Shown: piece after piece, positions 1-10,848 of the stretch
Layout of the letters: the number at the start of each line of letters is the position of its first letter
Numbering within the stretch: position 1 is the stretch's first letter
From: Phoronis australis
Taxonomy: Eukaryota; Animalia; Phoronida
DNA: 64,000 bases
Direction: 5' to 3'
Assembly (NCBI GenBank): GCA_002633005.1
Contig: NMRA01000325.1
Span: forward strand, 38,132-102,131
Made by a program: the position numbers and the translations under genes
Notes under the pieces: generated by a model
Database searches by the model: none
The model's input: the letters and a program-made list of their open reading frames with translations, nothing else
What the model was told of the DNA's origin: nothing

Positions 1-91
1 GAAAGTTACATATAGCTCACAATGGATTTTAGGGCAGAAAAATGCAGCTTTTAAAATTATTTGACGGGTTACTAGGATATACTTTTTGAAT

Positions 92-623
92 TCAATAGCT
101 GTGACCAGAGACATAAAATAGCAAAATCCGTTGTATTCTTGTGATTTTAGTAGCAATCACCGATTCCAGAAGATTACTTCTCACGTACAGTGCAACTGAT
201 TGAAATAGAGGCTGGTGACTAAATTCGTTAATAACTCCGGCTAATAGCAAAGTGTTGGACTGCATGTCAAAGTGGTGAGTTAGAATTCGTCTTGGGGCCG
301 ATTTCTGATTCAGAACATCATCGTGAAAAATGCCTCTTTCTTCAAAGATAGGAAGTCTGTAAACAAGACGCACAGTATTTGTCTAACTGGGTGAGCCGTT
401 CTTGCTTTAGCCTTATTGCCCGTTTCTGGCATTGTAGATTATGGAAAGCCATGGAATCCGGCTCTACTTGGGTCGGTTGGTGTTTTCGGGGCTTATTCAA
501 ATCGTTACCACTTTCAATTTGAGGAACTGCTATTTTTGTTGGTTTCGTTTTTGAAGAAATCTGAAAATGCTCATTGTACCTTTTCATTGTAAATTCCAAA
601 CAGTCAAACGCGTTTTGTTGCAC
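92..623 (-). pseudogene. Frameshifted coding-like remnant, probably transposon-derived
   Basis: Two overlapping minus-strand ORFs (342..623, 92..373) read as one protein-like sequence broken by a frameshift; no splice signals; family not recognised. Confidence 0.25.
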
Positions 624-654
624 GTTTTTGTCTAATCTGGACTACACATGTATA

Positions 655-970
655 TGTGACGGGACGTTCGTAACTTTACGCTTATTGTTATTCTTATTTA
701 GTTGCAAATGTTCAGTTATTCTTATGCTAATGTCTTTGTTGCGTTTCACTGCGCTTTGTTTTCATATTGTATGTTAATGATGTCGGGACGACATTTTTTG
801 TTAGGGGGGAGAATGTGACGGGACGTTCGTAACTTTACGCTTATTGTTATTCTTATTTAGTTGCAAATGTTCAGTTATTCTTATGCTAATGTCTTTGTTG
901 CGTCTCAGTGCGCCTTTGTTACGTGGGCATGTGGGCGCGACTGTATGTGTCGGGCACTTCGCTAGCGACA
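655..970 (+). mobile_element. Gypsy-like LTR remnant with duplicated LTR start and polypurine tract
   Basis: About 90 bp starting TGTGACGGGACG occurs at 655 and again at 814; the second copy is directly preceded by the purine tract AGGGGGGAGAA (803-813), the PPT + TG arrangement of a 3' LTR. Right boundary uncertain. Confidence 0.5.
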
Positions 971-1023
971 GGCTTAGGAGAAGGGTGTTTCCTTCTTTTG
1001 CTTTCATGGAAAGTTGATCGTTA

Positions 1024-4000
1024 TCATGTGCAAATTGAACTGAAACGAATGCCTGATGAGAGAAAATACATATTNATCGAGTTGACGTATTTATACATAA
1101 CAGTGTCCTGTGAGCGGTGAGTGAGTGAGTATATCGAGTTGACGTATTTATACATAACAGTGTCCTGTGAGCGGTGAGTGAGTGAGTATATCGAGTTGAC
1201 GTATTTATACATAACAGTGTCCTGTGAGCGGTGAGTGAGTGAGTATATCGAGTTGACGTATTTATACATAACAGTGTCCTGTGAGCGGTGAGTGAGTGAG
1301 TATATCGAGTTGACGTATTTATACATAACAGTGTCCTGTGAGCGGTGAGTGAGTGAGTATATCGAGTTGACGTATTCATACATAACAGTGTCCTGTGAGC
1401 GGTGGCATCTTGTGCTCAATACACTTATTTGAAATTCGTTTGAATGAGTTAACGTCAAATATTTTTATTTTACATTACATACAGAGTCCACTGAATGATC
1501 AACAACGTTATCCATTCACCGTCGCTGTTTTATTTTTAGCTTGTACAAAACATTTTGTTCAATGAATATCTCTGGAGTTAAGCAATACCATAAAATATGT
1601 CTCAAATACCTTCCAACCATGTAGCAAAAACTGCACACCCCTAAAAACTGTCCAAGGCATTGGTAAGTAAAACGAATGTCAAAATCCCATCAACGTTTGA
1701 GGCTTGGTTAAAATTTCTAAGATTGAACAGCTTTATTTCAATCGCTGCTGATGATCTCCACATTGTCGTTTATGGTAAAACGGATGACTATCATGAAAGA
1801 AAAGTTTTAAGACAGATTTACAATGATGTTAGCTTACTTCAAAAAATCAGTTATTGGCGTCACTATTTAGGAAATGTCTTTTAGAGATATTCAGTAACAG
1901 CGAATTCGACAACATTTGTTTTGTTTAAACATTACAGATAGTTACAGCGTTATGGTTGCAAGTACACAAGGTTGTGTCCAGCCTCGTGTTGCGTGCGCAA
2001 ATCTGCAGATAAGTTAAGCCGTTGGGGTTATATGAAATATCCTGTTGGGTGTAGAAATGGCAATCCAGTCCAGGGACGATGCAGAGTTCATTGCCGCCAT
2101 GTGTGGGGTGTGTCTGACAACATGTCCGTGGTGTAACTGTAAAGTGATAGACATTGTAAGTAGTGAACCAAATCTTAGTAACAAAGCTACGGGTGTGGTA
2201 CTTTATTTTCGCATGTCTAAAAAGAACAAATTAACTGTTCTAAATCTCAATACATTTCACTAAAATACGTTTAAACCGAGAGGAAATTCACATCTATGGA
2301 GTTATAAATTATATAAAGCTGATAAAACTTTTCGCTATATTCTTATCACGTTTTAGTCCCTGGCACAGTTTTACTTCAGTTTTGTACTATAATTTATATA
2401 CAGGAAGAATATAAATTTCACTTGTAGACGTAAATTTGGTTGAAGTCATCCCAATTCATTCAGGTATTCACGCCGGGTGTCCACGTGTAAACCATATCCA
2501 CCTACATTAACACGAGTGCTTCAGGTTGAGCACGCTATTAATAGTCCAAGCTCTCGGCTTCAAAAAGATGATTAAGTACCATCTGGGCGCGCAACTTTAA
2601 ATTATGATTCCAAGGTAAATACATCGATGCCTCTAGTTTATTGGAATGAAAGCAATCTAATCTGGCAGGTTTTGTTGTTATCCTCCCTGAAAATTACCCA
2701 CTTAAGATAGGGTATATTTGCTTCAGAATTTAAACATCTGACATAAAATTTGTTTCTTGTGTGCATGATTATGCTTGACGCAAGGTTGATATTGTTTTTG
2801 TGCAAATGTAATTTCATTGGATGACCTCATTCTGACCTCAGGGAGGCCGTCTTCAATTTTTTAATGATAACTGCCGCTTTGAAAGATTGAAGAAACATAG
2901 GTTTCAATAAAAAGAAGTCATAAAGGAAAAATAGCAGTTTTTGTTTCGCATTTCAAACGGACAGAAGTGTGTTGTGTACAATGATTAATTTGAGAGCAGA
3001 TTTTCAATATTTTTTTACAATATAAAGCAGCACTCCCTTTGGTCTAAGAGCCTGTCATCAGAAGCAATGTTGCTACGCTCACAATGTTCCAACCAACTAG
3101 TGGTAAAGTAATATCACTCTCCATACACGAAACTGGTTTTAACTGCAAATACGAAGACATCGCTCCAGTCTTACACATCCTGCAAAGGTGGTTCTCCCCT
3201 TCAATTGATGTTGCACGAAACAAAGTATGCCAGCAAAATCCTATTTGTATAAACAAACAGCATTAAAGGAGAAGGAAACCTTTTTATATCATTTTTACGA
3301 AAAATACGGTTCGTTGATTATTCCAGACACATGTTTCAGTTAATAGCAGCTTCCCGTGATTTTAGTAATTAGTCGTGCCCTAAAGTGACCTTTAGGGAGT
3401 TAAGAATTTCCCGCCAATTTCTTCCTGCTTTCGAGTTTACTGTGAGAATCTGTTATACTGTTCTTTTCCTGCTGGTTTCCTAATATCGTCACCACCACTT
3501 CTCATTGGCGAGTATTCTACGACAACCTAGGTTGTTATAGAACTTAGTTACGTTGGATTAAGGATCGTTTAGTTTGTAGTAGACTGATGGCTGGAGTTGG
3601 CGACCCATGTCACATACACAGTGACGTGTACGGAGACATTGTTCAAAGGAGTGGTAACGAGGAATTTTTTCACGAGCAGTCAGTGGTTGGATAATGTTTG
3701 AGCCCGAGTATAGTGAGGCAGAGTACGCACAGCCAGCTGTTGAGAGAGATGAGGCAGAGACTGGCTGGACAGAGGTGGTGGGACGTTTTGATGCAAGAGC
3801 ACGGTGTGCAGTCAACTGGAATACCTGTGATGTTCCCACTGGATGGTGACCTGAGCACCGGCCAACTGGACGACGAACTATCTTCGCCATCGGGAGTCGA
3901 ATTGGGCCTGTGTTCACTCCCACTACTTTCAGGTGCTTTCAGGCTCTGTGACAGAGACAACACAAGCACAAGGCGAATCACAGCTAGTTCCATGGAACTG

Positions 4001-5858
4001 CATGCTCTGGGGGTACGTTCGGAGGCACGGGTGACAGTAGACGAGGCCACAGCTCGCGAAGCTTCTCGCTACAAAAATGCTTTGTACGTTGCGTGGACGG
4101 GTAACACCGCATTCTTCACACGAGCGACCCAATTAAGTACGGCGTCAAGTGTGTCATCTTTCGGAAAGCAATGTAATGCATACCTACCCAAAATGCGGCA
4201 TACCCGTCAATGAACATGCTAGGAGAGTCGTAGGTCGGTGTCGACGACGGCCAATGGTCGGAAGGGTCAAGTGAGTTTATTCATTACGCGATCGTTGACG
4301 TCATCTAGTGCTGTCTTCTTTCACAGGCTTGGGAATCGGAAGCCACATCAATTTAAAAGTTCGCCTAATACGTAAACGTGTAAAATATGTACGCGCTCAC
4401 GCGTGTAAAACTCGCACGTGTTCACGCGTAAACGTGTAAAACATTGTACGCATTACCTACTGACAGGCTTAAGATTTCTATACTATCTGCTTCTTTTTTA
4501 GAACACCAAAACTTGATACATTTTCATGCGTTGTTAGTGATAGCCTGAAACAGGTCTATTATAACTATGCCGTGGAGTTGGTGGCTCATTTTATACGGCT
4601 GCAATTATGCTATACTATGAACTTCGTTTTGCTGCTGATCCCTAGAAACCGTGGCCACTCTTGGATTTTATGACCTGGGGCAATGTTTCTGTACGTAATG
4701 AGTCTTTGTTTCTTTTAAACTTTTTGAAGTCTTTGATGACTTTTCGTAGTCCTATGTGTCAAACACTACATTAACACACTCGGATGCTAAAGCTTCGTGT
4801 AGAACAAATGACAGCATACACTGTGTAACTTCGGCAAGGGGTTTTTTCATGGCCATCCAGTTTTTGAAGAACTTTCATCCCGTCAATTCTGCTGCTGTCA
4901 ATTCAGGTTGGTTAGTGCATTACAGGTCTTCTGTCATATTCCATCGACATTTATTCCCTGAATTTCGTGACCGTGGCCCACACGGATAAGGTAATACGCC
5001 TTTCATCTGCCGTTTATTGCTTTTTGCAATAATGTCTGCCGTCTATTGCTTTTTGCAATAATATGAGTTTCTGACCTTCGACTAATTTGAGAGTTTATCT
5101 GGAAGAATGTAGTCATTTTCATACACTGAATACGCGAAACATGGGCCATGTAATTCCGTTGTACAAGTAAGATCATTCCTGTCAAATTGGTGACAATCAC
5201 TCGGTGAGAATGCAGGCTAATATTCATAGCATTTCAACGTCAGCCACATTGAAATTTAACATGACGGTGCCCCTTGAAGTTGATCAAAATTACAAAAAAT
5301 GCAGTTGCAATTACTCAAGTAGAAAAGAGCATTCATCAATATTCATTTGAGCGTGATATTTAGCGCTACTGAGAACGACTGCAATGCAAACTGCCATGCC
5401 TTAAATATTGACTTCAAAAATGGCTCTGACTACAAAGATTATTGAACGTCTGTGAAAACGTACGGTTAATCGTATTATTGATGATTATTCCCCCAGTTTC
5501 TATTTTCGATGGGAGCCATTTTGGATTCCAATAATTAGACCTAAATTGTTAAATATTTGAACGGCAGACGATCTGACAACTACTGAAACCATATTATGAC
5601 TATAAAATTTGTTTGCTTCCTCACTTCCTGTTTGTGAGCTTCCGCTTTCAAAACTTGACGCCATATTGAAATCCAAGATGGTGTCTATTTAGCTGGGAGT
5701 ATGGAGTTGCTTTCATATAAAATTGCTTTACAAGAACCATGATATAAACATGTATAATTTTACCCTTCCAGATGGTACCAATAACTTAGTGGAATCATAG
5801 ACGTCTCGTGGTTCTTCCACAAGAACAAAATGATGACATGGTCTGCTTGCACAATTGT
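1024..5858 (-). CDS. Tentative downstream exons of the Methyltransf_FA-domain gene (Cys-containing C-terminal region)
   Basis: AG..GT-bounded candidates: 5858-5764 ((Y)NCASRPCHHFVLVEEPRDVYDSTKLLVPSGR, phase-compatible with exon 3), 3142-3083 (LKPVSCMESDITLPLVGWNI), 2501-2472, about 2136-1946, about 1640-1610 and terminal 1052-1024 (GIRFSSICT*). Frames do not join cleanly between 2472 and 2136. Confidence 0.35.
1076..1403. repeat. Minisatellite, 57-bp unit, about 5.7 copies
   Basis: Unit atcgagttgacgtatttatacataacagtgtcctgtgagcggtgagtgagtgagtat repeated almost perfectly; begins right after an N at 1075, so copy number may be collapsed. Confidence 0.95.
3267..4260 (-). mobile_element. Kolobok-like DNA transposon remnant with degenerate KolX (P2X7 C-terminal-like) coding region
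   Basis: Left end TTAA|AGGAGAAGGAAACC resembles the 32088 element end; GC-richer interior whose minus frames give CSCIKTSHH..LCL..VL then RYHSFEQCLRTRH..QPSVYYKL, reminiscent of the Cys-rich KolX motif order. No right TIR found. Confidence 0.4.
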
Positions 5859-6367
5859 CTGTGTGGGCAATGTAAGGATGTCAAATGCTCACTGCCAAGG
5901 AATTCTTAAGACCACGATATTCATCGTGACCATCAGTGCAACTGCATCTTTAGTCCTGGGGCCCGTTCCAAGAAAACTAACTTAGCTAAGACAAATCTTA
6001 AATACCCCAGCCAATTTTAAGATTCAACTTAAATTTGTTTCAAGACCGTTTCAAGAAAAAGATCTTAGTTTGGTTTCAATTTTTTACTTAGTTTTGTCTT
6101 GATAATAGGTAACTTATCAAATGTGGAATTTCGAATTTTGGAACATTAGGCAAGTCTTAGACTTAAGTAAAAAATGAACTTAAGTCTGTTTCTTGGAACA
6201 GTCTTTGAGTCTTTTGTCTTCAAATTGGTTTAGAAGGAGCTCAGTGCTATTAAAACTTGTTCCTGATATTTTTTAACGTTGAACTGTAACTGCTTATCAA
6301 TGCAAAAGCTTCCTTTGGGAAGTAGCTGATACTTTGTTTTATTCCACAGCCATCGATTTACGTTAGC

Positions 6368-6524
6368 CAATTTAGCAGCAGACTGAAAGGAATTTTCAAG
6401 CATATTCCAGGCTTGGAGCCAATTTAGCAGCAGACTGAAAGGAATTTTCAAGCATATTCCAGGCTTGGAGCCAATTTAGCAGCAGACTGAAAGGAATTTT
6501 CAAGCATATTCCAGGCTTGGAGCC
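6368..6524. repeat. Tandem repeat, 52-bp unit x3
   Basis: ccaatttagcagcagactgaaaggaattttcaagcatattccaggcttggag repeated three times. Confidence 0.95.
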
Positions 6525-6621
6525 AAAAGACACTAGTCACTGATCATTATTTCATTTCAAAGGTTTCAAGCTAGTGTCTGTTAATAAGCGCAGTTATGGT
6601 GCATGCTTATTGATTACTTAC

Positions 6622-9600
6622 AGTCAGGGTTATAAATTTTCCACATGCCCGAAGCACCCCAACCGGTTGATACACTAATGCCGGTGATCTTGTACGGAGT
6701 CTTATCCGAGTAGTACATCAATGTGGAATCGGGGGTTCCAACCTGGATAATAAAAGCCAATAGGTAAACAATTAATCATGAGAGTAAACTGGGGTCAACG
6801 GATGGCAATTCCAAAAGCATCTTTGGTGTTATTCATAAAGCCACGAAGCTAAGGCCGCGCACGCATCAGGGTTACGCCACCGAGACCACTCTTTTCTGTT
6901 GTAAATTTTGCGGCGTTCCGGTAGCAGGGCCCCCAACCCGGAATTTCTGGTTCTGCTCGTTATTGTAGTTAAAAGGAAACGCTCATTGCTAGATGACACC
7001 ACTTGACATAAGCACACACGAGCATGTTTTTTTGGACACTGAAAGAATCTTACCTTTCTGTATGTCTAACGTCAACGATTCAAGATATTTTACAAACGCA
7101 AGAGACGTAATCAAATTATGTTAAAAAAGTATGAGAGAGCGGTTAGTTGAAATGACCCCGTGATCCGATCTTGCTCCGTGTGAGAACGTATAAGCAGGGA
7201 CTGGTGAGCCACAGAGCGTGCCCGCCCCCATAACGTACACGACCAGGAAAAAAACTCCGGCAGCATGCAATTTTGGAGTGACGTGGGTATTTTTTCGAAC
7301 CAGCAGTTTAGTTCGAAACGTGAGTTAAATAAATCATTCCGACGAAGAACGCGGTACCGCTGGTCAACGCTTGTTTTATCAGCACTTACTGGCAACTATG
7401 AACCATAGTTACGTACTCTGATTGTATTCCAGAAATCCCATGAAATCCAAAACGTTTTAAATTCATCACACTTCAGATATCTGCCTCTCCTCTCGGCTCT
7501 CGGGGGTCGCTCTTGTTTCTTCTTGCGGATAACGGACTTCGTATTGCCCCACCCACCGATCACAATCTCGTAAGTGTTATCTACGTCTTGGTTAACGTCT
7601 GCCATTAAATTGATGTGTGCGTCATTACAGGTTTTCACTTCGAATTTTACGTAGCGATGGCGACTGAAGTCATACTTGGAAGGGATGTACTTGTATTCGT
7701 TTCGTGTGTTTATCGTCTCGTAAGATTCGCCTAAAATACAATTGCAATCAATACACCACACTGTTAAAATATTCTCAGAACGATTACAAATTAATTGACT
7801 GCAGGCTTGACCAACAGGCCCGTTCTGGAGTTAACTCTCCTCTTTCCTGTAGCAATAAATTAAACATATATTAACAATTAAGGAGAGCAATGAAAATAAC
7901 AACAGAAAAGAACATACAAAGAAATAGGATACAATTCAAGTTTGTTTAAAAACGTAAATTCAATGTATTTTACAAAGAATTAAACACATAGATTATAGAT
8001 ACACGGGAGACCGCACGGTTAGAAAAACATAAGGCTAAGATATAAGCCAGGTGGTCACCGATACTTCAATTAGCATGCACGCACCCAGCCTAAAAATAGG
8101 GGGCTCGAATTTTTGAGAATGTGCACCTTTTACTAAAAATGCGGGGTACGTTCAGTGGTATGAATTGCGCATTCGCCGAATTCCTGTCTTTTTAGTGGAC
8201 TTTTGTCTCATTTCCTACTTTTTAGGACTTTTTGTTTCTCTGAGGCGGACCTTTTTGCCCACTTCGCCAAATGGGGGGCTCGAACGAGCCTCCCCTGGGA
8301 CGCGCATGATTAGAACATGCCTAACAATAGAACGTTACGCTGAGAGCTGTAAGTGCTTAAATATGTAATTTTTAAATAGAACCGCCAAAGGTCCCCTGTA
8401 ATAAAATAAATACATGGAAATGCAAAAATTGACAGGGATAAGTGAATAGGCCAAAACAGGAAGAGACAAAATTAGAGGTGTACTGGCACAGCTCAGGACA
8501 GTTTGGGAACACAATTAGACGCTGTTACATTTGAAGCAATTGAAGATAAGACAGATTGGATCGTAGTTGCTAATTTTAAAATTGGTTAAGAACCTGCAAC
8601 AATACTAGTACAGTTAAAATCAGGGGTACGTGAAAAGCAAATCAGCTGTGCTCCTGGACTAGCCTTATTAGCGTTAGAGTTTGATGTATAAGTCTCACAC
8701 CACTTTTTAATGGTCGACCAAGGATGAAGTTGACCGGTGTATTTAAATCAGGTGAACACGTCACTTATGTTTTTACAATCTTAACTGGCGTTACTTTAGT
8801 CATAATTCAAAAATAACGCAGGTTTTGACTCGTGATCACCATGGCAACTGTTCACGATATCACTCGAGCAGAACACTATGTTTTGGTTAACACAACAGCT
8901 GTGCTACCACGCCTATATATAAAGCTATCCAAATCGAACAAGGTGCATCTGAAATCGTTGAGCAGTTGTTGAATAAATATCGTACAAGAAATTGCAGAAA
9001 ATGACAGAAATAAGAGAATGTAAAAACATTTTAAAATCTGGTAAAATGTATATTAAAAACACTAGTTTTCGAGCCTTAATGGGTGCGCCTCTTCATCAGG
9101 TGTGAATACAAGTGGCGCGAAAGGCTTATTTATACTAACCTGTTCATAACTGAAGTTTGGCACATGTAATCCTTTTGCGTCACTTGTCTTCACACCTGAT
9201 GAATTGTCGCACCCATTAAGGCACGAAAACTAAAATTTTTAAACGGAGTTTAAAATGTTTTAACCTGCTTCTGCATTGTCTAACTTTCTTCGGCCTCGAA
9301 ATATATGTCATCTTAATATGGAGAATGAGACAATTTGAAATGTTGAAAAATAAGACCGGTACTTTATTATGGTAAAAATGTGACCAAATGGGCAAGTTTT
9401 TGAACAGTTCACCCAACCCTAATGATATGGAGACTGGAGGCAAGACAACTCAGTAAGAACACACGTGCCACCTTTCATTATCATGGTTCCTTAAGGTGGC
9501 ACTTAAATATTTACGTAACAAATATTTGAACTTTGAAGTATCCACTTTGAACGTGTTTGTGATCAGAAAGACATCTTACTAACGAAAACAACTTAAAATT

Positions 9601-10247
9601 TGTAAAATCAACTAAGCCACAACAAATCCGTCCTCCATCACAAAAATGATTTAGACCACTTATCGTATCGTTATGAAATTGGCCACAAATTGCTCCTTAG
9701 TCAAATTGGAGACACTTTCGGGGCATCATGGCTTGTAACTGCGCATCAATTTGTACGTCGGAGCATGGCCTGAAGAAATGACGAACTGGCTTCATAATAT
9801 TCCTTAACGTGATAGGATTTTATTTCCGTTACCAACAAAAACATAAAGATTTTCTCGAGTTGATAACAACACACGTTCAATCGTTTTTCACGGGGACTTA
9901 GTAATATAGTCAATTTCCTGTCTAAAAAGCACTAAAATGTAATTCAAATTATACCATCAAACCCTCAACAATGAAATCGTAACTTACTCCAAGCGTGGTT
10001 TACGGACATTTACATTTATTACACTGAGACCATCGCTACCAAATTTTGGACGTCAGTTGACACCGCCTTACTACACAGTATCATCTTTTGTGTCAGGAAG
10101 GCACCCAGTGAAAGTCATGAATTCCTTGAAAGTCGTGATCCGATTCGAAACCATCGGGCCACTCACTACTTTCCAATCGTTAATATTTAAAACGTTACCA
10201 TGACAGTAGTAACTGGTAATAAGCAGCACCAGAACAGGAATCCACAT
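6622..10247 (-). CDS. Secreted protein with farnesoic acid O-methyltransferase-like (Methyltransf_FA, CPAMD8-type) domain; coding exons 10247-10199, 7730-7417, 6742-6622
   Basis: Exon phases 1/0 join with canonical GT-AG: signal peptide MWIPVLVLLITSYYCHG, then FEVKTCNDAHINL..YEIVIGGWGNTKSVIR..FKTFWISW..IRVG..VSTGWGASGMW, the hallmark motifs of this domain. Exon 3 ends at a GTAAGT donor (or reads through to TAA at 6614). Confidence 0.85.
8074..8308. mobile_element. hAT-like MITE, CATG termini, 5-bp TSD (family A)
   Basis: Termini CATGCACGCACCCAG / CTGGGACGCGCATG flanked by ATTAG on both sides; related internal sequence recurs near 24051, 50889, 52100-52309 and 58181. Confidence 0.75.
8990..9280. 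repeat. Long imperfect inverted repeat carrying two opposite-strand hammerhead motifs (Penelope-type terminal repeat)
   Basis: 9063-9124 is the reverse complement of 9171-9232 with few mismatches; outer arms AAAACATTTTAAA / TTTAAAATGTTTT and TGCAGAA / TTCTGCA also pair. Confidence 0.8.
9059..9104 (-). ncRNA. Minimal type I hammerhead ribozyme motif
   Basis: Minus strand reads CACAC-CTGATGA-A-GAGGC..GGCTC-GAAA-ACTA-GTGT: conserved CUGAUGA and GAAA boxes, imperfect stem II, palindromic ACTAGT at stem III, ACAC/GTGT stem I. Confidence 0.6.
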
Positions 10248-10776
10248 CTTGAAAACCCTGTAATAAAACCAAAATGTTAAATAGAACAACCCTTTCCAGT
10301 CATCCATTGCCGGGTTGGCAGTGTTTCCATACAAATACATACGTACGTACATACATACATATGAATGCATGTTACATACCTGTACATGCTAAATTTCCTA
10401 TTATGCACAACTGACAACTTTAATCGTATTTTTTATGAGCAGGTTCTATTTGAATTTAAAAAATGATTGAATTCCTTTATAATTTGAATTCATTAAGAAC
10501 TTACATAAAATGCTTTTGTTCGATTATCCTTCGAAAGTGTGCTCATTGTTTGGACTTACAATGTCCACCGTATGAGAACTCAAACCAGCGGCATATCAGT
10601 TTATAGTTTATTAGCTAATTTGGATTAGTAAAAACTGTCGCCAAAAATACTTCCAACAATACGCATTAAGAATATTTTAGCCAAAATATTTAGTTAAAAG
10701 TTATTAATAAAAATATACATCAGCGCTAGAATATTTTCCCGTGCGATACTTATTGTACCAAATGATTTCCACTTAC

Positions 10777-10848
10777 TGACTAAAACTTGTCTCGGCAACT
10801 GATTCGCTCCAGAGAAGTACATGGGAGCGCCAACCACTCTAATTTATA
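10777..10848 (-). promoter_or_regulatory. TATA promoter and short non-coding first exon of the Methyltransf_FA gene
   Basis: TATAAA at 10848-10843, GTAAGT donor at 10776-10771, and a polypyrimidine/AG acceptor 10 nt before the ATG at 10247. Confidence 0.55.

Noticed and set aside
801-1458. Long repetitive ORFs (192 aa, 144 aa)
   Set aside because: Products of the 57-bp tandem repeat (19-aa period), spanning an N; no other coding evidence.
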